From: an uncultured Gammaproteobacteria bacterium
GTDB taxonomy: Bacteria > Patescibacteriota > Microgenomatia > CAYGWK01
Length of the DNA stretch: 64,000 nucleotides
Direction: 5' to 3'
Assembly (NCBI GenBank): GCA_964353785.1
Contig: CAYGWK010000004.1
Coordinates: 22,730 to 86,729, forward strand
The position numbers and the translations under genes are program-made. The notes under the pieces were generated by a model that did not search any database, was not told where the DNA came from, and saw only the letters and a program-made list of their open reading frames with translations. Positions 39,155-46,457 of this stretch are shown piece after piece (within the stretch, counting starts at the first letter, position 1; every line of letters begins with the position of its first letter).

Positions 39155-39279
39155 GATGTTTATGCCTATTTCGAGAGAAGCGAGAAACAAGGTTCTGCGT
39201 AGCAGGTTCTTATTTTAATAACGATGCTTTAGGGTATGCGATTTCCAATGCCCAAAGATTGAAAAAACTGGTAGAATAA
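39155..39279 (+). pseudogene. Orphan second 3' end of the DUF72 gene, interrupted by a small insert
   Basis: DVYAYF + insert flanked by TATTT + YFNNDALGYAISNAQRLKKLVE* versus DIYVYFNNDALGYAISNALTLKKLLG*. Confidence 0.75.
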
Positions 39280-39283
39280 AGAC

Positions 39284-39820
39284 ATGAGAAAAGAGATTTT
39301 AAGCCACCTGGTGCCGACTTTAGTCTTTCTGGTTTTGGTAACTCTGGCCCATTGGCAACTTAATTTTTCTTTAATCTTTTTCTGGTTGGGAGGGCTTTTT
39401 GGCAGTCTTTTCTTGGATATAGACCATCTTTTTTATGCCTATCTTCAGGCTCCTCACGAATTTACCTCCCAGCGGGTTAAAAGACTTTTTGAACAAAAGC
39501 AGTTTAAGGTAGGGATGATTCTTTTGTTTGAGACCCAGGAAGAGCGGGGAAGGATGATATTTCATTCGGTTCTATTTCAGATTATTCTTCTGATAGTTTG
39601 CTTTTTTGTTCTAACCTCTTCCGCCAGTTTATTCGGCAAAGGCTTGGTTTTGGGGATGCTACTTCACAGTCTGACTGATCAGGGTTTTGAATTTATCAAA
39701 AATGGGGAGATTGAGAACTGGTTTTGGCAGTTTAAGGAAAAACCTGGGATTAATCTTCAGGCAATTTACCTGGCAGTGATTTTTATCGTCTTCGTTGTTT
39801 TCTCCCTTCTCTGGATTTAA
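39284..39820 (+). CDS. Membrane protein, possible metal-dependent hydrolase
   Basis: Multi-TM with DIDH, FHS and LHSLTD. Confidence 0.6.
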   Translation: MRKEILSHLVPTLVFLVLVTLAHWQLNFSLIFFWLGGLFGSLFLDIDHLFYAYLQAPHEFTSQRVKRLFEQKQFKVGMILLFETQEERGRMIFHSVLFQIILLIVCFFVLTSSASLFGKGLVLGMLLHSLTDQGFEFIKNGEIENWFWQFKEKPGINLQAIYLAVIFIVFVVFSLLWI

Positions 39821-39828
39821 TTTCCCTC

Positions 39829-39858
39829 TTGACAAACCCTCCCCTAGAGGGTATGATT
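39829..39858 (+). promoter_or_regulatory. csoR promoter with CsoR-type operator
   Basis: TTGACA..TATGAT with ACCCTC-CCCTA-GAGGGT inverted repeat in the spacer. Confidence 0.7.
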
Positions 39859-39865
39859 TTCCAAT

Positions 39866-40138
39866 ATGACAGATAAAAAGATTAGCAATCGGATGAATTA
39901 CCTAATTGGCCATCTTAAGGCTAATTTGAGGATGGTAAAGGAAGGCAGGTACTGTATTGATATTATCCGCCAAAATCAAGCGGTGATATCCGCCTTAAAA
40001 AAAGTTAATGAACTTATCTTGGAAAATCACCTAAATACTTGTGTAACTTCGGCGATTAAAGGCAAAAGCGAAAAAGCAAGAAAAAAAGTTTTAGAAGAAA
40101 TTGTTGAGATTTTTAAGGAAGAGGAAAATGGAAGATAA
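39866..40138 (+). CDS. csoR: CsoR/RcnR-family metal-sensing repressor
   Basis: GH......M....RYCIDII.Q..AV..AL.....IL.NHL.TCV. Confidence 0.85.
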   Translation: MTDKKISNRMNYLIGHLKANLRMVKEGRYCIDIIRQNQAVISALKKVNELILENHLNTCVTSAIKGKSEKARKKVLEEIVEIFKEEENGR

Positions 40139-40739
40139 GCCCGCTTGCTGCCAAGAAGAGAAAAAAACTTCCGGTTTTTGGCCAGGAGTTCTTTATGGAA
40201 TCCTGCCTCATAGCTTCTGCTTGGCTTTTATTGTTTTTTCTGTTTTGGGAGCCACTCTTTTAACTGGACTGATGCGTCAGGCTCTTCTTATTCCTTATTT
40301 TTTCCAAATTTTGCTTTTGATTTCTTTATTTTCAGCAACCATTTCGGCAGTGATTTATCTTAAAAGAAGCAATTTGTCACTAAGGAAGGGGATTAAGGAA
40401 AAGTGGGGATATCTTTTAACCCTCTACGGGACAACAATCGCGGTTAATTTACTTCTTTTTATGGTTATTTTTCCCTTGGTGGCAAATATGAAATCTTCCC
40501 AAAGCAGGGGAACCGTTCTTTCTCAAAGCACCCAATCAAAAATTTCTTTGGAGGTGGCAATTCCCTGTCCTGGGCATGCGCCCTTAATTATTGATGAATT
40601 AGGAAAGACTGAAGGCATAAGTTGGGTAGAATTTAAATTTCCCAATCTTTTTGAAGTTAACTTTGACTCAAGAAGGATTTCTCCTGAAGAAATCCTGAAT
40701 TTGGAGATTTTTAAGACCTTTAAGGCAAGAAGTCTGTGA
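40128..40739 (+). CDS. Membrane protein with C-terminal HMA-like domain
   Basis: CC near N-terminus, PHSFC, three TMs, IPCPGH metal motif. Confidence 0.65.
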   Translation: MEDKPACCQEEKKTSGFWPGVLYGILPHSFCLAFIVFSVLGATLLTGLMRQALLIPYFFQILLLISLFSATISAVIYLKRSNLSLRKGIKEKWGYLLTLYGTTIAVNLLLFMVIFPLVANMKSSQSRGTVLSQSTQSKISLEVAIPCPGHAPLIIDELGKTEGISWVEFKFPNLFEVNFDSRRISPEEILNLEIFKTFKARSL

Positions 40740-41746
40740 AAGAAGAAAATTCTTGTTGTCTTCACAAAAAGGTTTGGTATAAAGAGCCGCTTTTTATCAT
40801 TGTTGCCATAATTTTGGCAACATATCTTGTTCATCTGTTTCTTTCTTTTAAAGGAGTTTATATTCTGGCTCCGCTTTTTCAAAAGTTTTTTTCCTACCTC
40901 GGACTTTCCTGGTGGGCCATTGGCTTAGGGCTTTTAATTGGTTCCTTGATTGAAATCTTGGTGCCAGAAGAATTCATGGCCAGTGTGCTGGCCAGAGGAA
41001 GAAAAAGTATTTTTATAGCCGTGCTTCTTGGATTTCTCGCTTCGGCTTGTTCCCATGGAATTTTGGCAATTGCTGTTTCTTTGTATAAAAAGGGCGCCTC
41101 AACCGCCTCAACTTTGGCATTTCTTTTGGCTGCACCTTGGGCAAATCTGGCAATTACCATTCTTTTATTTTCTTTATTTGGGATAAAGGCTCTTTTTATT
41201 GTCGGCGGAGCAATTTTGGTGGCCACAGTTTCCGGTTTTATTTTTCAGATCTTAGAGGGGAAGGGAATAATAGAGGGAGGTATCAGAAGTATCAAAGGTA
41301 GCAAGAGTATCAAGGGTTGGTATTGGCCAGGCTGGGAAAAATTAGCTCGGGGAATAAAAGGAAGTGTTTGGTCTTTAACCAAGATGGTGGTTTGGTGGAT
41401 TTTACTTGGATTCTTCTTAGCTTCAATCTTGGGAACTTTTATTCCTGAAAGCTTCTTTCATCGCTTTTTTGGCCCAAGCATCCTTGGGGTATTGGCAACA
41501 TTGGCTTTGGCTTCGGTGATTGAGATTTGCTCCGAAGGTTCGGCCCCTTTGGCTTTTGAACTTTTTAAAAAAACCGGTGCCTTTGGCAATACTTTTGTTT
41601 TTCTTATGGCTGGAGTGGTGACTGATTTTACCGAGATCGGTATTATTTCAACTAACATTGGCAAAAGAACAGCCCTGGCTTTGATTTTAGTGACAGTTCC
41701 CCAGGTTTTGCTTCTTGGCTTCCTCTTTAACAATCTGGTAATATAG
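40736..41746 (+). CDS. DUF318/ArsP-like permease
   Basis: ACSHG and ICSEG Cys motifs in duplicated TM halves. Confidence 0.8.
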   Translation: MKEENSCCLHKKVWYKEPLFIIVAIILATYLVHLFLSFKGVYILAPLFQKFFSYLGLSWWAIGLGLLIGSLIEILVPEEFMASVLARGRKSIFIAVLLGFLASACSHGILAIAVSLYKKGASTASTLAFLLAAPWANLAITILLFSLFGIKALFIVGGAILVATVSGFIFQILEGKGIIEGGIRSIKGSKSIKGWYWPGWEKLARGIKGSVWSLTKMVVWWILLGFFLASILGTFIPESFFHRFFGPSILGVLATLALASVIEICSEGSAPLAFELFKKTGAFGNTFVFLMAGVVTDFTEIGIISTNIGKRTALALILVTVPQVLLLGFLFNNLVI

Positions 41747-41768
41747 AAAAAGAAAGGACGGTGAAAAA

Positions 41769-42527
41769 ATGTTTTCTTTAACGGGTAAAAAAGCCTTGGT
41801 GACTGGTGCCTCAAGGGGAATTGGTCGGGGAATTGCCCTGGCTTTGGCAAAACAGGGAGCGGATGTGGCCATAAATTATCGTTCAAATAGCGAGGAAGCG
41901 GAAAAAGTGGTTTCCGAAATCAAGGCCCAAGACAGAGACTCTTTTTCAGTCCAGGCAGATGTCTCCAATAAAGAATCAGTAGGAAAAATGTTTGCCGAAG
42001 TAAAAACAAAATGGGGAAAGTTGGATATCTTGGTTAATAATGCCGGGATTGTCCAATTTGCTCCTTTTGAGGAGCTAACAGAAGAGCAATGGGATGCAGT
42101 TTTGGACACGAATTTAAAAGGACAGTTTTTATGTAGTCAAGAGGCGGTTAAATTAATGGGATCAGGTTCAAAAATTATTAATATTGCCTCAATTGCCTCA
42201 GGCGGAGTTGGGGTTGGTTTCTCAAGAACTTCTCACTATACTGCTTCAAAAGGAGGGGTGGTCGCCTTAACCGAGAATATGGCTTTGGATTTGGCAAAAA
42301 AAGGAATTAATGTTTGCGCCATTGCTCCGGGGGTGATTGAAACGGATATGACTAAAGATATGCTTTCGGACGAGAAAGCCAAAGCAGGGATAATGGCGAG
42401 AATTCCCAAAGGGAGGTTGGGCAAACCAGAGGATATCGGAGCGGCGGCCGCCTTTTTGGCTTCAGATGAGGCAGATTATATTACTGGGTCAGTGATTTAT
42501 GTTGATGGAGGATGGCTGGCGGGGTGA
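41769..42527 (+). CDS. Short-chain dehydrogenase/reductase (FabG-like)
   Basis: TGASRGIG, NNAG, YTASK. Confidence 0.92.
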   Translation: MFSLTGKKALVTGASRGIGRGIALALAKQGADVAINYRSNSEEAEKVVSEIKAQDRDSFSVQADVSNKESVGKMFAEVKTKWGKLDILVNNAGIVQFAPFEELTEEQWDAVLDTNLKGQFLCSQEAVKLMGSGSKIINIASIASGGVGVGFSRTSHYTASKGGVVALTENMALDLAKKGINVCAIAPGVIETDMTKDMLSDEKAKAGIMARIPKGRLGKPEDIGAAAAFLASDEADYITGSVIYVDGGWLAG

Positions 42528-42838
42528 TAATTTTTAACGAACAAAACTTTGAGAAAGAGGTTTTAAAATCGGACTTGCCGGTTTTAGTTGATTTTTGGGC
42601 CAAGTGGTGCGGGCCGTGCCTTATGGCTGGACCGGTGATTGAGGAATTAGCCAAGGAATACGAAGGAAAGATTAAATTTGGCAAACTTAATGTTGACGAA
42701 AGCCCAAAAATAGCGGAAAAATATGGAATTTTAAGTATTCCGACAGTAATAATTTTTAAAGAAGGGAAAGAGATTAAAAGACAAGTCGGATTTCCTGGTA
42801 AGGAAATTTATAAAAAACTAATGGAGGGGATATTTTAA
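42512..42838 (+). CDS. trxA: Thioredoxin
   Basis: VLVDFWAKWCGPC; start could be the GTG at 42524. Confidence 0.93.
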   Translation: MAGGVIIFNEQNFEKEVLKSDLPVLVDFWAKWCGPCLMAGPVIEELAKEYEGKIKFGKLNVDESPKIAEKYGILSIPTVIIFKEGKEIKRQVGFPGKEIYKKLMEGIF

Positions 42839-42839
42839 A

Positions 42840-43805
42840 ATGTACGACTTAATAATCGTAGGCTCCGGACCTGCCGGAATGACGGCTTCAATTTATGCTT
42901 CTCGTTATCGCCTTAAGCATCTCGTGATTGGCAAAACCCATGGTGGTGAGATGGCGTTGGCGGGTAGAGTGGAAAATTTCCCAGGATTCAAAAGAATTTC
43001 AGGGGCGGAATTAGCCAAAAAAATGGTTGAGCACGCCCAAGATCAAGGAGGAGAGATTATTTCGGCAACGGTTATTGGGGTGAAGCAGTCAGGGGGAGAA
43101 TTTGAGGTTAGAGACGATAGTGGCAAGACTTACCAAACTAAAACCTTAATTATTGCCTCGGGCACCGAGAGGAAAAAATTAAATATTCCTGGTGAAGCGG
43201 ATTATGTTGGCAGGGGAGTTTCTTACTGCGCTATCTGCGACGGACCCTTATTTAAAGATAAAACCGTGGCCGTCATTGGCGGTGGTAATGCCGCTGTTGG
43301 TGGGGCAATTCAAATAGCAGATTATACTAAAAAAATTTATCTAATTTATCGCCGAGAAAAAGAAAAAATGCCAGCCGATCCGGCCTGGAAGGAAGAATTT
43401 GAGAAAAAATTAAAAGAGGGGAAAATTGTTGACATTTACCAGACTAATTTAACAGAAATTAAGGGCGATGGTCAAAAAGTAATAAGCATTATTTTGGATA
43501 AGCCTTATCAAGGAAGTAATGAGATTGAGGTTGACGGAGTTTTTATTGAGGTTGGTTCTGTTCCCGCGACCAATTTAGTCAAAAATCTTGGAGTAGAAAC
43601 GAGCGAGGCTGGCTATATTAAAGTTAATCCGGACCAATCAACTGGTTGTCCAGGAATTTTTGCCGCCGGGGACATTACCACCGGCTCTGGCGGGATGCAG
43701 CAAATTGTCACCGCCGCGGCTGAAGGAGCAATTGCCGCTGCCTCGGTTTATCAATTTCTTCACCAAGGAGAAACTCCCGCCCCATCCTGGGGCAGAAAGC
43801 CTTGA
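42840..43805 (+). CDS. trxB: Thioredoxin reductase
   Basis: GSGPAG, GVSYCAICDG, GGGN, IFAAGD. Confidence 0.92.
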   Translation: MYDLIIVGSGPAGMTASIYASRYRLKHLVIGKTHGGEMALAGRVENFPGFKRISGAELAKKMVEHAQDQGGEIISATVIGVKQSGGEFEVRDDSGKTYQTKTLIIASGTERKKLNIPGEADYVGRGVSYCAICDGPLFKDKTVAVIGGGNAAVGGAIQIADYTKKIYLIYRREKEKMPADPAWKEEFEKKLKEGKIVDIYQTNLTEIKGDGQKVISIILDKPYQGSNEIEVDGVFIEVGSVPATNLVKNLGVETSEAGYIKVNPDQSTGCPGIFAAGDITTGSGGMQQIVTAAAEGAIAAASVYQFLHQGETPAPSWGRKP

Positions 43806-43841
43806 CAGGGTCGTGACAGGGTTCGTCCCTGTCAGACCCGT

Positions 43842-43870
43842 TTGACAAAAGCCTATAAAATGGGTAAAAT
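43842..43870 (+). promoter_or_regulatory. Sigma70 promoter
   Basis: TTGACA-17bp-TAAAAT. Confidence 0.6.
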
Positions 43871-43982
43871 TCTGGCAAATCCTAAAAAATCTGTCCAAGA
43901 TACAGCATCTTGGGCTTTGCAGGTTTTTGTAGGAGATTGTTCTTTGAGAATTGAGGGTGGAGAATAAAAAGGAGGGAAGAGG

Positions 43983-44207
43983 ATGGCTGAAGCCATACGG
44001 GCATTTGGGACGCTCGGTGGAGGTGCTCAGATCTTGGTGGTAGTGATGGTGATAGCAGTGGCAGCGGTTGTGGAATCTGTTATGGGAAACTTCTTCAGAT
44101 TTCTCACAGAATGCTGCCGTACTTATCGCCATTATCGTCCGCCAGACAAACCACCAAAAGAAAAAAAGCCAGGCCGCTCTCGGGTGGCTGAAAAAGGCGC
44201 TCCTTGA
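43983..44207 (+). CDS. Small single-TM protein
   Basis: AGGAGG upstream; hydrophobic segment followed by a basic tail. Confidence 0.55.
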   Translation: MAEAIRAFGTLGGGAQILVVVMVIAVAAVVESVMGNFFRFLTECCRTYRHYRPPDKPPKEKKPGRSRVAEKGAP

Positions 44208-44235
44208 GAGCTAGAAATCTAGAAGGAGGTAAGAA

Positions 44236-44400
44236 ATGTTGGATTTAGATGAGCGGGGTCAGGGCTCGATCAGACTGCTGGTTGGGGATTTGCTAACCCT
44301 CTTTCTCATTCTCTGTCTCGCCGCTGTCGTTATCGCCATGATATGGGTAGTCCTCGGACCTGACATCCAGAATGTCTGGGGTCGCCTGACAGCTCCTTAA
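44236..44400 (+). CDS. Flp/Tad pilin-like small protein (54 aa, absent from the ORF track)
   Basis: AGGAGGT SD; MLDLDERGQGSIRLLVGDLLTLFLILCLAAVVIAMIWVVLGPDIQNVWGRLTAP*. Confidence 0.6.
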   Translation: MLDLDERGQGSIRLLVGDLLTLFLILCLAAVVIAMIWVVLGPDIQNVWGRLTAP

Positions 44401-44414
44401 CGGAGACGCAAGAC

Positions 44415-44463
44415 GGGGCGGTAATATAGTCTTAAATAGTGGGTTTGAATCCCACCCGCCCCC
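44415..44463 (+). other. tRNA-like minihelix (acceptor stem plus T-arm)
   Basis: GGGGCGG ... GTGGG-TTTGAAT-CCCAC-CCGCCCC, no D or anticodon arm. Confidence 0.45.
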
Positions 44464-44533
44464 TTCTTTTCTCCACCCTCTCTTTTTCTTAGGCTTGACA
44501 TTAGGAGAGTTTGGTGGTAGGATACCGAAAGTT

Positions 44534-44719
44534 ATGGCAAAGCTGCCTCAAGTTGATAAAGGAACTTGTATTGGGTGCGGAACCTGCACGGTTTTAGCCC
44601 CAAAGACATTTAAACTTGGAAAAGACGGAAAAGCAGAGGTAATCAACCCGCCAGGGGATGAAGAGGAAAAGATTAAAGAAGCGATTGATTCTTGCCCGGT
44701 AAACGCTATTAAATTATGA
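44534..44719 (+). CDS. Ferredoxin (single cluster)
   Basis: CIGCGTC....P ... CPVNAI. Confidence 0.9.
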   Translation: MAKLPQVDKGTCIGCGTCTVLAPKTFKLGKDGKAEVINPPGDEEEKIKEAIDSCPVNAIKL

Positions 44720-45300
44720 ACGAAGAACGCAAAATTACTAATTTTACTGTCCCAATACTAGTTGTTTTGCTGGCCGTAGCCGCCTTTTTGGCTGGCAGTT
44801 TCTTTACCCGGATTCAATATCTTGAGAAAGGCAAAGCGGGAACTGCCCAAGTGACGCCAACGCCTCAGGTAGTTGGAGAACAAGAGTCCACAGAAGAATT
44901 GCCAACGACGATTGGGCAATTTTTAGTGACAAAAAACGAGGTTTGTAAAGAGGATGACAAACCCTTGGTTTATTTCTTCGGTTCCAGCACTTGCCCCCAT
45001 TGTACCTGGGAAAAACCGGTGATGCAAAGGGTGGTAAAAAAATTTACGGGCCTTATTTCTTATCACGAAAATTTTGATAGCAAAGCAGATCAAGATGTAC
45101 TTGAGAGATTTCAAGATATTAATCCAGGCTACGTGCCCTTTTTGGTTTTCGGATGCAAATATGCCAGACTAGGAAGCGGGGAGACAGACGGAGAAGCGGC
45201 AGAGGAGAAAAATTTAACCGCCTTGATTTGTAAATTAACAGAGGGTGAGCCAACCGAGGTGTGTAAGGAAGTTTCTGACTTGATTGAGCAAATAGAATAA
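44716..45300 (+). CDS. Membrane-anchored thioredoxin-fold protein
   Basis: N-terminal TM, CPHC motif, VP cis-proline motif. Confidence 0.75.
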   Translation: MNEERKITNFTVPILVVLLAVAAFLAGSFFTRIQYLEKGKAGTAQVTPTPQVVGEQESTEELPTTIGQFLVTKNEVCKEDDKPLVYFFGSSTCPHCTWEKPVMQRVVKKFTGLISYHENFDSKADQDVLERFQDINPGYVPFLVFGCKYARLGSGETDGEAAEEKNLTALICKLTEGEPTEVCKEVSDLIEQIE

Positions 45301-45321
45301 TTTTGCAGGAAAGTGGTTTTA

Positions 45322-45348
45322 AATTCCCGCCAAAGGCGGGATTTTTTT
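45322..45348 (+). terminator. Intrinsic terminator
   Basis: TCCCGCC-AAA-GGCGGGA followed by TTTTTT. Confidence 0.75.
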
Positions 45349-45363
45349 GTGTTTTGCGACTTA

Positions 45364-45525
45364 AAGAGTTCGGGTATGAACTTGTTGCTTGGTTTCGTCA
45401 TGGCATCCCCGCACCAATTCTGGTGCGGGGTCGCCCTCGGATTCTGAAATCCGAAAGTCGAGTTGTGTTTCGGAGTCCTCGGGCTTGCCAGGTGAAACCT
45501 GCGCAAAAGTTATACCCTCACTCTT
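45364..45525. ncRNA. Unknown structured element, copy 2 (homologous to 12755-12904)
   Basis: Shared blocks TTGTTGCTTGG, AGTTGTGTT, GGCTTGCCA and CCTGCGCAAAA with compensatory stem changes. Confidence 0.6.
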
Positions 45526-45588
45526 CGATCTGATAGTCTGATTCTCTGATCCTCTGAGTTTTCCGAGTTTTCTGATAGAATATTCTAG

Positions 45589-45861
45589 ATGGCTCATACC
45601 ATCGTCCATCACCTTTTTATTGCTTTTAGGGCGATTGTGCGGGGTTTGGTGCTTTTAGCAGTCTGGATTGCGGTTTCCTTAACTGGACTCTTTTTCTGGA
45701 GCCAATTTTCCTCACCAATAAATCTTATAATCGGCGGACCTTTGTTTTTAATTGGGGTGATGATGGGTTTGTCTACCTTATACGAGACAACTGTCGGGAT
45801 TATCTCCTGGCGGTGGGGGAAAACCCATTGTCCTTTTTGCCAGAATAAGGCTTCTTCTTGA
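45589..45861 (+). CDS. Small membrane protein with C-terminal CPFC
   Basis: Two TMs, HCPFC. Confidence 0.55.
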   Translation: MAHTIVHHLFIAFRAIVRGLVLLAVWIAVSLTGLFFWSQFSSPINLIIGGPLFLIGVMMGLSTLYETTVGIISWRWGKTHCPFCQNKASS

Positions 45862-45892
45862 CATTTGCTCGGTTCTAGTGTAAATTGCCTCT

Positions 45893-46014
45893 AACTTCTG
45901 CCTTTTTTACCCGCCAAGAATTGCTCTTCGAGCCGCGCTACGAACAGTAGGTAAGGCGAGAAGCAAGATTCGGCGGGCCTGCTCCAAAATTCTCCTGTCC
46001 AGAAAGGCTTTTTT
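45893..46014 (+). ncRNA. Candidate small RNA
   Basis: TTGACA-17-TAAATT (45858-45886) upstream; long imperfect hairpin CCCGCC..GGCGGG; GCCTTT/AAAGGC closure then T-run. Confidence 0.4.
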
Positions 46015-46416
46015 ATGCTTTACTGGGGTCTTTTTACCTTTGGCTACTGCCTTGGAGCGATTTTTGCCACCGCTATATTTTCAAGAAACACGGAATAACA
46101 CGGAAATCGAACGTGTTTGGATAAATAAGTTATTCACTAAAATCGCTAGTTTTGTTTTTAACTGCCGGTTATTCCTCAGAGACATAGAATTACATGGAAA
46201 ATATCGAGGCTATAGTTTTAGTGGTAAGGCTAGTTTCCCTGATTGACTATCTGATAATAGAATACTATATTAAACAAATTTTCAGCGATAATATAAACCT
46301 ATAAAAAAATTTCTTCCTCATTTTAGTCTCAAAAATAGCATTTTTTGACGGTTTTTAATTTTTGGCTTTACGCTTGATAGTCAAAATTCTCCAAAATTGT
46401 CCTAACTCATAGCCAC

Positions 46417-46445
46417 TTGACAAGAGTACCCATGAAAGGTAACAA
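46417..46445 (+). promoter_or_regulatory. Promoter containing a TACCCA-N7-TAACA motif
   Basis: TTGACA at 46417; motif 46427-46444, 13 nt before the ATG. Confidence 0.55.
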
Positions 46446-46457
46446 TATTAGTAGGTA

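Noticed and set aside
44415-44463. tmRNA acceptor piece or complete tRNA
   Set aside because: No G3-U70 pair, no CCA and no D or anticodon arms
45303-45612. ORFs 45303..45533, 45361..45612 and 45129..45506
   Set aside because: They overlap a terminator and the structured element and have no protein-like features
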